From Myxococcota bacterium (GTDB lineage: Bacteria; Myxococcota; UBA4151), in contig JAYZBQ010000052.1 in NCBI GenBank assembly GCA_036338695.1, positions 1-36,873 on the forward strand: a stretch of 36,873 nucleotides of DNA. The letters are read 5' to 3'. The notes below the pieces were generated by a model. The model searched no databases. It saw only the letters and a program-made list of their open reading frames with translations, and was not told the DNA's origin. The position numbers and the translations under genes are program-made. This document shows, in pieces, positions 17,772 to 25,854 of the stretch (positions within the stretch are counted from its first letter, which is position 1; the number at the start of each line of letters is the position of its first letter).

Positions 17772-18471
17772 TCCAGCGGTCGTCCTTGTCCTTGCCGCCC
17801 GGCAAGACGCTCAGGTTCGGCTTTCTGGTTCGCTTCATCTGTCGGCGCAGGCGCACCAGGCGGAGCTTGTGACGCCACCGCCGCGGGTTCGCCGAGCCGG
17901 TGATCATCGCCCAACCCGTGATCATGCCTCCGAGGTGGGTCGCCGAGCTGCTCGCTCCGCCTGGACTGACGGCGAGGAGGACTTCCAAGCCGACTGATAA
18001 GAGCAGCAGCTGTTGCCCGGTCAGGGGCAAGATGCCGAAGAGGCGAATGGTGCGGCGGGCGTGTACGAGACACCAGCACACCAGCAACCCCAGGCCGCCG
18101 CCGCTGGCGCCAATGACCGGGTTCCCCGGAGAGATGCCAAGCTTCGCCGAGGTGGCCGCAAGGACGCCGCCACCGATCACGCACGCAGCGGTCAGCCAGA
18201 GCAGCCTGCGCGCGCCAAACTGGCGCTCGATGTCGAGACCGAAGAAGTAGAACAGGAGCAGGTTGCCGATGAGGTGACCGACGCCTTCATGTAAGAACGC
18301 GTAGCTCAGTAGCCTCCAAATTTGACCTCGAAAGACCGCGTCCGGCTGGAGCTCGAGGTGGGTGATCCAGACCCCGCCGCCTGCCCGCAAGGCGAGCATG
18401 GACACGATATAGCTTGCGCACAGCCCGATCAGGATTTTGCGCAGCGTCGGCGAAGGTGGCGGAAAGTGCAT
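17764..18471 (-). CDS. Rhomboid-family intramembrane serine protease
   Basis: WRLLSYAFLH, HLIGN, GASGG (catalytic Ser), HLGG (catalytic His); start placed at ATG 18471. Confidence 0.93.
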   Translation of the reverse strand: MHFPPPSPTLRKILIGLCASYIVSMLALRAGGGVWITHLELQPDAVFRGQIWRLLSYAFLHEGVGHLIGNLLLFYFFGLDIERQFGARRLLWLTAACVIGGGVLAATSAKLGISPGNPVIGASGGGLGLLVCWCLVHARRTIRLFGILPLTGQQLLLLSVGLEVLLAVSPGGASSSATHLGGMITGWAMITGSANPRRWRHKLRLVRLRRQMKRTRKPNLSVLPGGKDKDDRWIN

Positions 18472-18473
18472 AG

Positions 18474-19718
18474 CTATTTTGACTTGAGGCAGCCTTGAGT
18501 CGCTGCGGCGAGCCAAGACGTCGCAGGTGCGTCGAGGGGCGCCTCAACCCAAGCCAGGCAGCGGCCCTCTTGACGCCAAGTCAGGGTGTATCCGTCGCTT
18601 GAGACCGACCCTTTTTGCGAGATCTTGGGTGGTTTGGAGTAGCGGTTCTCGAGGCTGATCTCGAGTAAGCGCCGATAGCGCTTGGCGGCGGCTTGATCGT
18701 CGGTGGCGACTGCGGCGACGAAGGCTGACGATTTGCCCTTGGTCAAGAAGGCATATCGATCGCCGCCCCAGCCGTTTGCGAGCTCTTTGGCCTCCGCTTC
18801 ACGTTTGCCCGTCGGTGAGACCAAGAACCGCATCCCCATCTCGCCGAGGCGGTTGCGCAAGGCGACCTTGTAGCCTTTGAGGGCGTTTTTGCTCAGGGTG
18901 AAGTCGACGGCGATCGGTTGGTCGGCTGGGTAACGCTCCGGGTGCAGCAGCTGCTCGGTGCTCGCTGGCGGGCTGCGGTGGAGGGCATCCACGCCGCTAA
19001 AGCCCGACTTCTCCAGCGCGATCATCAGGAGCTTGAGCCCGCCGACGTAGGGGAACGTGAGCCCTTGGCGCATGTAGTGGGGGACATGGCGGGCGGTCAG
19101 GGTCGGTCCATTAGCGATCTGCGACGCCATCGAGTCGACAGCGGTTTTGAGCTCAGGGATGTCGAGCCGCTGCATGAGGTGAACCACCATGGTGATGGTC
19201 GCGTCGCCCTCGATCACGGCGCTGCGCGCAATGGTTGCGTCGTCGTTCTCAGGGATGCGCTTGAGCGCCGACTTGAGCCCAAAGTGTTGGTGCTGAAGCG
19301 CGTGGGTGAGCTCGTGCGCAATGATCGGGCGCTGCATCAGGCTGCCGAGCCAGGAGGCGAGCACGAAGCGGTCTTTGAAGGGGTCGAAATAGCCCGCCAC
19401 CTGGGCGGTGACAAAGTCCTTGAGCGTCCCTCGGTAATCGAGCTGCTGCGGGATCAACCCGAGGTGTTTCAGCAGCGCCGCCTCAAGCTCAAGCGCTTGG
19501 CCGGGGTACTCTTCGTTGATGCGTTTTCCCACGTAACCGAGGATTTGTTCTCGGCTGTGGCTGACCGCTGGAACCGTGCGGAGCACCTTCAGGTTGCGGA
19601 GCTGGCTAACCTCTTCAAGGATGCCGTCAACGAGTTGTTGGTCCGCGTTCGCACCAACTTGAGCTGGTGAGCCGATAACCAGTTGCAGGGCTAGGCTAAG
19701 TGTCCCTAAAATGCTCAT
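18474..19718 (-). CDS. Secreted putative zinc metallopeptidase (HEXXH..E, gluzincin-like)
   Basis: Signal-like N-terminus; GYFDP, AHELTHALQHQHF, EGDAT, FPYVGG, PPASTEQLLHPERY, GWGGDR; stop is 2 nt before the rhomboid ATG. Confidence 0.75.
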   Translation of the reverse strand: MSILGTLSLALQLVIGSPAQVGANADQQLVDGILEEVSQLRNLKVLRTVPAVSHSREQILGYVGKRINEEYPGQALELEAALLKHLGLIPQQLDYRGTLKDFVTAQVAGYFDPFKDRFVLASWLGSLMQRPIIAHELTHALQHQHFGLKSALKRIPENDDATIARSAVIEGDATITMVVHLMQRLDIPELKTAVDSMASQIANGPTLTARHVPHYMRQGLTFPYVGGLKLLMIALEKSGFSGVDALHRSPPASTEQLLHPERYPADQPIAVDFTLSKNALKGYKVALRNRLGEMGMRFLVSPTGKREAEAKELANGWGGDRYAFLTKGKSSAFVAAVATDDQAAAKRYRRLLEISLENRYSKPPKISQKGSVSSDGYTLTWRQEGRCLAWVEAPLDAPATSWLAAATQGCLKSK

Positions 19719-19803
19719 GTCGCAAAGTACCTTTCCCGGCACGCGCAGTGGTTCGCATGACCGTGAGTTAGGACAAGACGTTGATTGGTTGAAAGGGATT
19801 TCA

Positions 19804-20631
19804 ATGCGCGCTGCACTATTTGCTCTGAGTTTGACCACTGCCTGCGCTTCGGCGCCGATCGTGGGTCCCGATCTCAGCGGTCTTCGGATTTACCCGAAGT
19901 CGAGTGTCGAGATGGGACGAAGTAGCTTCAAGGGCGGCTCAGGCGTGCTCAAGCTGCAGGTGGATAACCGGACCGACCGAGCTCATTCCGTGGGCGATTT
20001 TAAGGTCACCGTGAGCGACTCGGAGGGGAACGCTTTCGCGCCCATCGCCAGTCAGGGGAGCGGTGAAGGTGAGTCGCTTGGGGCGTCTGAGGGGATGGTC
20101 GTCTCGATCCCGCTCAAGTGGGATTGGCCGTCGACTCAAGAGGAGATGTTGTCGGTCGTCGAGCGCAAGCTGATCAAGCTACGCGTCGAGGGGTCGGCGT
20201 CGATCGGTGGCGAGACCGTCAGCATCGGCGCGCCGACGAGCGTGCCGGCGCCTGTCTTACCCGTGGTTTTGGTGCGGCATGTCGAGGCGACGCGCGAGGG
20301 GAACTTATCGAGCGCGGATCTCGGCTTTCGATTTGAGGTGCGCAACGACAACTTCTTCCCGCTCAAGGTCAGCAGCCTCGTGGTGTCGCTGGACGTCGAG
20401 GGGGTGGAGATGGCGAAGGATCAGGTTTTGACCAACGGAGAGCGCATCGGTGCCAACCAGAGCGTGGTGCTCGAGCTGCCCTTGACGATGGATTCCGAGA
20501 CCCACGCAAAGAACCTCAAACAGCTGCTGCGCCGCGGCAACCTGAGCTATACGGTCAAGGGGACGGTGCGCTTTTATGGGGTCGAGCAACCCGTGGACAT
20601 CGCCGCTGAAATCCAGTTTCCGGAGCTCTAA
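19804..20631 (+). CDS. Lipoprotein with tandem LEA_2/WHy-like beta-sandwich domains
   Basis: MRAALFALSLTTAC lipoprotein-type signal; two repeats LKLQVDNRTD and FRFEVRNDNFFPLKV; LSYTVKGTV strand. Confidence 0.7.
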   Translation: MRAALFALSLTTACASAPIVGPDLSGLRIYPKSSVEMGRSSFKGGSGVLKLQVDNRTDRAHSVGDFKVTVSDSEGNAFAPIASQGSGEGESLGASEGMVVSIPLKWDWPSTQEEMLSVVERKLIKLRVEGSASIGGETVSIGAPTSVPAPVLPVVLVRHVEATREGNLSSADLGFRFEVRNDNFFPLKVSSLVVSLDVEGVEMAKDQVLTNGERIGANQSVVLELPLTMDSETHAKNLKQLLRRGNLSYTVKGTVRFYGVEQPVDIAAEIQFPEL

Positions 20632-20706
20632 GTCATTCTCCCGTTCCTCGCGGCTGTCGGTCTAACGCTCATCCCGGATCCACCTCAAGCGGGTCGACCG
20701 CTTGAA

Positions 20707-22959
20707 GTGCGTGTGCCCCTAGGGGTCGGGAACTTTCAGAGCGCGTCGTTGCGGCTCTGTCATGAGGTCGGTGTGCCCATCGCCGAGGTCCTCCTGGTCC
20801 GAGGTCAGGGCGGCAACTGGGTGGGCGTCATCGACGGTCGCCTGGTCAAAGGCCCCCGTCTGGGTCTTTGGGTGCGTGTTCGGCAGCGCGGCGCGTATCG
20901 CGGGGTCCTCGGGAGTGTCGACGACCCGATCTGGGTTGAGGTGTCCGAGGCGGTCCAGGACATCTCGTCAGCCTCGCAACCGGGAGGCGCCGGGCTGGAT
21001 CACGTGCGCAAGTCGAACAAGCGTCCTACGCTTGGGTTTCCTGACTTTTCTCCCAGTATGGAGCTGGCGCGCGCCCTCGATCGATGGACCGATCACTTTG
21101 CTCGGCGCCGTCACGATGGGCGGATGGTGCTCGTCGATCGGGGGCGGATCGCTGACCGTTATCAACGGATACGCCTCGACGGGATCGACCTCGTGGATCC
21201 CTACGACGGCGCGCTGGCTGACTGGTTGTATTTAGCGCCAGGCGTGGCGTTGAGCGCTCGCCCCGGTCGCGTGACCTTCGAGCGGAGCCCATCGCGCGGC
21301 ACAGGGGGCATGATCGCAGCGGGGTTTCCTGCGCGGACATTGGCTCAGGTCGATGCGCGCTACGGCGCCCACCGAGTAAGCGTCGACGGGTTGGTCGATT
21401 GGTCGGCTTCCGGGTTAACGGTCGATGAGGATCACAGCACCGGGCTACCAAGCTTTCACCCCAACCGGCAGATCGATGACCGCGGGCGCGGCGTCTTGCT
21501 GCTGTATCGTGGGGATTACCATGAGCGGTTGCGGGTGTCAGCCGGGCTGATGCATCGGTCGCACGCAGGACATTTTGGGGTTTGGGACACCTTGGCTCAC
21601 GGCGAATGGCGCCAGCGCAACGCCGCCCTCGTCAGCCTGGAGCGCACGCCGCTACCGACCGCCGCAACCCAAGCAACATTGCGTATCCATGCGGGCTTGT
21701 GGGGGCATGATGACGCGCGCCAACTCGCCGGGCCGGGGCTGGTGCTGCGGGACGCTGACCTCGACGGCAACCCCGAGGCCTTCACGGAGGGGGTGCTTTT
21801 TACCAACAAGCAAACGCTCTGGAACACCGACGTTGAGCTCGAGGTCACGCAGCGCCTGAATCGATTCAGGGTGGGGCTGGCGCTTGATGGATTGGGTGCC
21901 GGTCTGATCAGCGGCAGCGTCCACACGAACCGCAGCGACGCAGGCGTGGCGCTGGGGGAGCTGCTTAGCCATCCGTTGCTCGGTGATCGGGCACCCTTCG
22001 TCGACGGTTATGGTCGCGCAGGGGTGGTCGCCTCGGCGCGCGATGGCGAGTGGTCGATCAAAGGGTTGTTGGGTGCGGTCGCTGCGCCGCGCGTGGAGCG
22101 GCGTTGGTCGGGGCGGTTGGAGCTCGCGCAGCAGCGGCCCGGGCGGCGGATGGCCTTGCGGATTTGGTCGAAGCCTCAGCTCAGGTTGTTAGACCGCCAC
22201 TTGGCGCCGGAAGGGTACCTTGCGCAGGGGCTCAGCGACTCCATGCCCTACGGTCGCGCGGTCGTCGACAGCGGTGACGGTCTTCCCGCGCCCTTCTCCG
22301 AGGGCGTCCGTTTCGATGGCGCCGCGCGTGTGGCGCGCAGCAGCGGGATCTGGCGCTACGGGTTGGACCTCGGGCTCGAGCAGTTGGCGCACAGCGCAGA
22401 TGGTGTCGACCGATCAGGGACGGCTGCGCCGATGTGGGATGATGGCTCGGTGCGTTCGTGGTGGGTTGGGGGGCGGATGGACTTTGCCGCCTTTAGCGGG
22501 CTCCGTTTTCACGGCTCGATTTGGCTGGGTAACAGCTTCGCACAGGCGATCGCCGGGCGCGGCTCGGATCCACCGGATCTGGATCAACCCTGGGTGGCGC
22601 TGACGGAGGAGCCCACGTGGCGGTGGAGAAACACGATCGCGCAGGCGATCGGTGGTCACTGGATGACCGGCGGTGGGCTCGAGGCGATGAGCCCGCTACA
22701 GAATTCGAGCCGAAGCGCGCTGACGACCTTGCACCGCTTTGAGTTGCCGACTCAGGTTCGGATCGACGCGTGGATTCGCTACCAGCGTGACCAGCTCGGC
22801 GTGACCTTGCGAGCGGACAACGCGATGGCGCCCTACCTGCTGGCGCCGCTGCCTCGGCCGGACCGCGTCCCCGGTCTGTTGCCCGTCTCACCGAGGCGGG
22901 TCTTGCTCTCGCTGGAGTGGCGCCCTGGTGGGCGCGCAGGGCGAGTGGACCCGTTCTAG
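20707..22959 (+). CDS. Divergent TonB-dependent-receptor-like outer-membrane beta-barrel; true start may be 20635
   Basis: Plug-like RIRLDGIDLVDPYDG; many alternating-hydrophobic strands; terminal strands LGVTLRADNAM and RRVLLSLEW. Confidence 0.55.
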   Translation: MRVPLGVGNFQSASLRLCHEVGVPIAEVLLVRGQGGNWVGVIDGRLVKGPRLGLWVRVRQRGAYRGVLGSVDDPIWVEVSEAVQDISSASQPGGAGLDHVRKSNKRPTLGFPDFSPSMELARALDRWTDHFARRRHDGRMVLVDRGRIADRYQRIRLDGIDLVDPYDGALADWLYLAPGVALSARPGRVTFERSPSRGTGGMIAAGFPARTLAQVDARYGAHRVSVDGLVDWSASGLTVDEDHSTGLPSFHPNRQIDDRGRGVLLLYRGDYHERLRVSAGLMHRSHAGHFGVWDTLAHGEWRQRNAALVSLERTPLPTAATQATLRIHAGLWGHDDARQLAGPGLVLRDADLDGNPEAFTEGVLFTNKQTLWNTDVELEVTQRLNRFRVGLALDGLGAGLISGSVHTNRSDAGVALGELLSHPLLGDRAPFVDGYGRAGVVASARDGEWSIKGLLGAVAAPRVERRWSGRLELAQQRPGRRMALRIWSKPQLRLLDRHLAPEGYLAQGLSDSMPYGRAVVDSGDGLPAPFSEGVRFDGAARVARSSGIWRYGLDLGLEQLAHSADGVDRSGTAAPMWDDGSVRSWWVGGRMDFAAFSGLRFHGSIWLGNSFAQAIAGRGSDPPDLDQPWVALTEEPTWRWRNTIAQAIGGHWMTGGGLEAMSPLQNSSRSALTTLHRFELPTQVRIDAWIRYQRDQLGVTLRADNAMAPYLLAPLPRPDRVPGLLPVSPRRVLLSLEWRPGGRAGRVDPF

Positions 22960-22971
22960 CGATCCATTTTT

Positions 22972-23000
22972 TTGGGTTGTGTGGCCGGCGCACCTACCAT
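22972..23000 (+). promoter_or_regulatory. Putative promoter for the small RHH-like gene
   Basis: TTGGGT-N17-TACCAT, followed by hairpin GGGGTG-CTCC-CACCCC and SD AGGAGG. Confidence 0.45.
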
Positions 23001-23039
23001 GGGTGTGCCAAGGGGTGCTCCCACCCCATAGGAGGTCTC

Positions 23040-23204
23040 ATGACCGATCAACATCGCAAGGTGAAGCAGAGCGTCTACTTACCCGAGGACATGCTGCATC
23101 AACTCCGCACGGAGGCTGAGCGCTTGGAGCGACCGCTGAGTTGGGTGCTCAACCGGGCGTGGCGGATCGCCTCGCCCCAGATCGCGGCGATACCCGACGC
23201 CTAG
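23040..23204 (+). CDS. Small TIGR04563-like (MXAN_4361/4362-type) ribbon-helix-helix-like protein, 54 aa
   Basis: KQSVYLPEDML..EAERLERPLSWVLNRAWRIA matches the remembered family pattern KQSLYFPEEML..DRSLSW..Q.AWKIA; strong SD AGGAGGT. Confidence 0.8.
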   Translation: MTDQHRKVKQSVYLPEDMLHQLRTEAERLERPLSWVLNRAWRIASPQIAAIPDA

Positions 23205-23210
23205 CGGCGA

Positions 23211-24113
23211 CTACTGAATCTGCAGCGTCAGCGATCCGGTCTGATTCATCTGGTCGTAGACGTACCAGGACAGACCGCCCGCCAAAGCTGCAGTGCCGAC
23301 CCCTGCTGCAACCCACGGCCAGACCCGGGTTTGCGGAACTCGGCGCGGGCGATCACTGCTCAGCCGGATCGGCGCTGATCGGCGCGGGCTTGCGCAGGCT
23401 AAAGTGCGGTCCGTGCTGACCGCAAAGTCACCGCGCACGCGCAGCCCATCGAGCCTGAGCGCCAGCTCGTTGCGGCCGCTCTTGACCACCACCTCGCCGC
23501 CGATCGTTAGGTCGGCGTCGGGCGCGCAGCTTGGCTCTCGAGCGCCTCGCCAGCGCATCGCCGCGTCGCCGGAGTGCAGCAAGTAGCGCCCGGGACGTAA
23601 GCCGGGCAGCTCGCTGCAACTCTGCGCGTTGAGTCTCATGCTCTGAATCTCGAGGCGGCGCTCGCCGACCTGCTCAAAGGACATCGTCAGCGAGCAGCCC
23701 TCCGCGAGTCGAATTGAAACCTCTGCTTGTCCGATGCAGCCCTCGCTGCCCTCGATGAGGCGGACCTCGGTCGCGAGCCCGTGCAAGTCGACGCTGCGCG
23801 GTCGCTCGAGCTCAGCTTGTATGTAGCCTTCAGCGCGGGGAGGCTGGCTGCACATCGGCGCCGGAGGGACCGCGACCAAGGTCGGACTTGGTTGCGGCGG
23901 AGGCTCATCCGGTTCGCCATCGGGCATCTCATCGGCGCCATCGGGCATGGGCGGCTCGTCGCTACCCTCCGGCATATCGTCGTCTCCGTCCGGCATCTCA
24001 TCGTCTCCCTCGGGCATCTCATCGGACGCCAAGATGGGGAGGGATATCCCAGCATAGGCCGGCGGCGCGATCAGGAGCGCCGTGAGCAGCCATAAGGTGG
24101 ATTCGCTGCGCAT
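23211..24113 (-). CDS. Exported protein with acidic DEMP[E/D]G repeats, a Cys-containing domain and a C-terminal membrane anchor
   Basis: Signal peptide ending AYA; repeats; Pro linker; six Cys; C-terminal VWPWVAAGVGTAALAGGLSWYVY; start overlaps the upstream stop (TGATG). Confidence 0.75.
   Translation of the reverse strand: MRSESTLWLLTALLIAPPAYAGISLPILASDEMPEGDDEMPDGDDDMPEGSDEPPMPDGADEMPDGEPDEPPPQPSPTLVAVPPAPMCSQPPRAEGYIQAELERPRSVDLHGLATEVRLIEGSEGCIGQAEVSIRLAEGCSLTMSFEQVGERRLEIQSMRLNAQSCSELPGLRPGRYLLHSGDAAMRWRGAREPSCAPDADLTIGGEVVVKSGRNELALRLDGLRVRGDFAVSTDRTLACASPRRSAPIRLSSDRPRRVPQTRVWPWVAAGVGTAALAGGLSWYVYDQMNQTGSLTLQIQ
23916..24023 (-). repeat. Coding tandem repeat of ~21 nt, five imperfect copies encoding D[E/D]MP[E/D]G
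   Basis: Repeated GGCATCTCATCG/GGCATATCGTCG on + strand; peptide DEMPEG-D-DEMPDG-D-DDMPEG-S-DEPPMPDG-A-DEMPDG. Confidence 0.8.
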
Positions 24114-25702
24114 CAGTGGTCCTCAGCCGATGAGAAGACGGCCGCTGAGTTGAGCAGCCGCAATCCCGGAGAGCAGTCCGAGCACGCGCTGGCGCCGCCG
24201 GCGATCAGGACCTGATTGGTTCCCGCGTGGCTGGCGGTGATACCGCCCGCTAAGCCCGGAAGCTGCGCGGCAAACTGGAACCCATCGGCGTTGTCGTCGA
24301 ACAAGGTGTAGCCGTGTCGAGGTTCGTTGAATTGGAGGTCGGCGAAACCGCCTCCGAGCCAAGCTCGGCGCCCTCGACTCAGTCGCACCGCCGAGGCGAA
24401 GAGCGCAGGGATCCCCTCGGGTAGCATGACGGCGCGCACATGCGTCTCGGTCTCGGCGAGGAAGTAGTAGCTGTTTTCACGGTTTGGTGTCTGAAGCGAG
24501 CCGTCCCGGTAGACCGAGCCGCCGGCGATCAGAAAAGTCCCCGTCTGCAGCTCGACGCTGGCCGCAAAGCTGAGGTTCGCTTCGCTGCCCCAGCGCTCGG
24601 TATCGGCGAGCCGAAGGCCTGCTCGTGGGGACCAGATCTCAGGGGCGCTTTGATCTGAGTCCGTACAACGCGAGCCGCCCCACAGGACCACCTCGTCGAG
24701 GTATCGGAAGGCTTGGTGACCCACGCGTGGGCAGCGCATCGCCTCGGCTGTCTCGACGAGCCGCACGCTGTCTTCGGTCACGCTCAGTCTCAAGACATCG
24801 CTGTGGATCCGCCCGCGGTCGGCAAAGCCACCCGCGGTGATCAAGGATCCGTCGTTGAGTAAGGTCAGGGTGTGAAAGGCGCGCTGACCCCACAGGGTCT
24901 CGACCTCCGTCCAGCGCTCGGTGGACGGGTCGAACAGGAGGCTCGAATCGCGCAGCCCGGCGTCGCCAAGGTCGACGCTGTGTTCACCGCCTAGGCGGAC
25001 GCGCTGCGCGCCGCCGACGATCAAAACGCGACCGCTTCCATCAAGGCTGGCGGCGTGACCTACCCGCGCATCGGGCATCGACGCCGTGGCGCTGAAGCTC
25101 CCGGTGACCGGGTCATAGAGGACCGCGCGACGGGACGCCTCACCCCAGCGGCAGCCCTCGCAGTCGGCGACGCTGAACGCGTCGATTCCACCCGTGAGTA
25201 AGACGCGGCCATCCTTGAGCGTGGTCGCAACGCTGAGCATGTTGGGTTGAGCCATCGGCGCACGCGTGCACTGTAAGGCTTCGACACGCAGCAGTAGGAT
25301 CCCTGCGCCGGTGCTCTGGTCAGCCGCCACATCGACTCCTGCGCGCCGGCCGAGCCAACTGTAGGTTCCTGCGCTGAAGTTTGCGGCGCTTTGGAAGCCT
25401 GTTAGGCGGACGTCCCAGTCTTCGCCGACCGGGATGCTGCCGACTTGGACGCTACGAGCCCCGGGCTCGATGTCGACGCGCTGCTCGAAGGTTGGTCGCT
25501 CGGGGTGGGTCAGTTGAAGATGGAGGATGGCCACGTCGGTCGTGCTGACGGGCGTCGGGCCGTCGCCGCAGTCGATATCGCCTTCGGCGAGCGCAAGCCG
25601 ACTGATGGTCAGGCTCGGCGCAGCGTTCGGCGCGCACGAAACACACGAAAGCCCCAGCATTAGGGCGCTAATTCGGCGGCTCAGGGATGCCCGGTGCGCC
25701 AT
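24113..25702 (-). CDS. Kelch/galactose-oxidase-type beta-propeller lipoprotein
   Basis: Lipobox-like LSCVSC; seven GG-ending repeats (VLLTGG, VLIVGG, LITAGG, VVLWGG, LIAGG, WLGGG, VLIAGG) with RxxH leaders; SD GGAGGG. Confidence 0.85.
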   Translation of the reverse strand: MAHRASLSRRISALMLGLSCVSCAPNAAPSLTISRLALAEGDIDCGDGPTPVSTTDVAILHLQLTHPERPTFEQRVDIEPGARSVQVGSIPVGEDWDVRLTGFQSAANFSAGTYSWLGRRAGVDVAADQSTGAGILLLRVEALQCTRAPMAQPNMLSVATTLKDGRVLLTGGIDAFSVADCEGCRWGEASRRAVLYDPVTGSFSATASMPDARVGHAASLDGSGRVLIVGGAQRVRLGGEHSVDLGDAGLRDSSLLFDPSTERWTEVETLWGQRAFHTLTLLNDGSLITAGGFADRGRIHSDVLRLSVTEDSVRLVETAEAMRCPRVGHQAFRYLDEVVLWGGSRCTDSDQSAPEIWSPRAGLRLADTERWGSEANLSFAASVELQTGTFLIAGGSVYRDGSLQTPNRENSYYFLAETETHVRAVMLPEGIPALFASAVRLSRGRRAWLGGGFADLQFNEPRHGYTLFDDNADGFQFAAQLPGLAGGITASHAGTNQVLIAGGASACSDCSPGLRLLNSAAVFSSAEDH

Positions 25703-25726
25703 GAGAACCCTCCGTCCTACGCGTGC

Positions 25727-25755
25727 GGTGTATGCGGGTATCGGTTAGGATGCAA
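25727..25755 (-). promoter_or_regulatory. Putative promoter for the kelch gene pair
   Basis: On - strand TTGCAT (25755-25750), 17 nt, TACACC (25732-25727). Confidence 0.4.
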
Positions 25756-25797
25756 AGACGTTCATCCGACAGCGGACCGAAACCACAAAGGTCTCTA

Positions 25798-25826
25798 TTG
25801 CTGGCGGCATACCTCCGTGCTAGCCC
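25798..25826 (+). promoter_or_regulatory. Putative promoter for the metalloprotease cluster
   Basis: TTGCTG-N17-TAGCCC with extended TG-C; shares TTGCT...CGTGCTAG with the candidate infA promoter. Confidence 0.45.
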
Positions 25827-25854
25827 ACGGCGGCCATAAAGAAAGGGAATCTGG

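Noticed and set aside
19736..19752. CGGCACG resembling a sigma54 -24 box in the divergent gap
   Set aside because: No GC at the required -12 position
22945..22973. Possible terminator after the receptor-like gene (TGGA..TCCA followed by T7)
   Set aside because: The stem is short and interrupted, and the T-run overlaps the candidate -35 of the next gene
25736..25790. GGATGCAAAG...GACAGCGG resembling part of a c-di-GMP-I riboswitch, plus stem GGATG/CATCC
   Set aside because: The upstream GCAAA..GAAA-capped stem and the second-stem pattern are missing; the segment is better explained by divergent promoters. An Rfam scan would settle it
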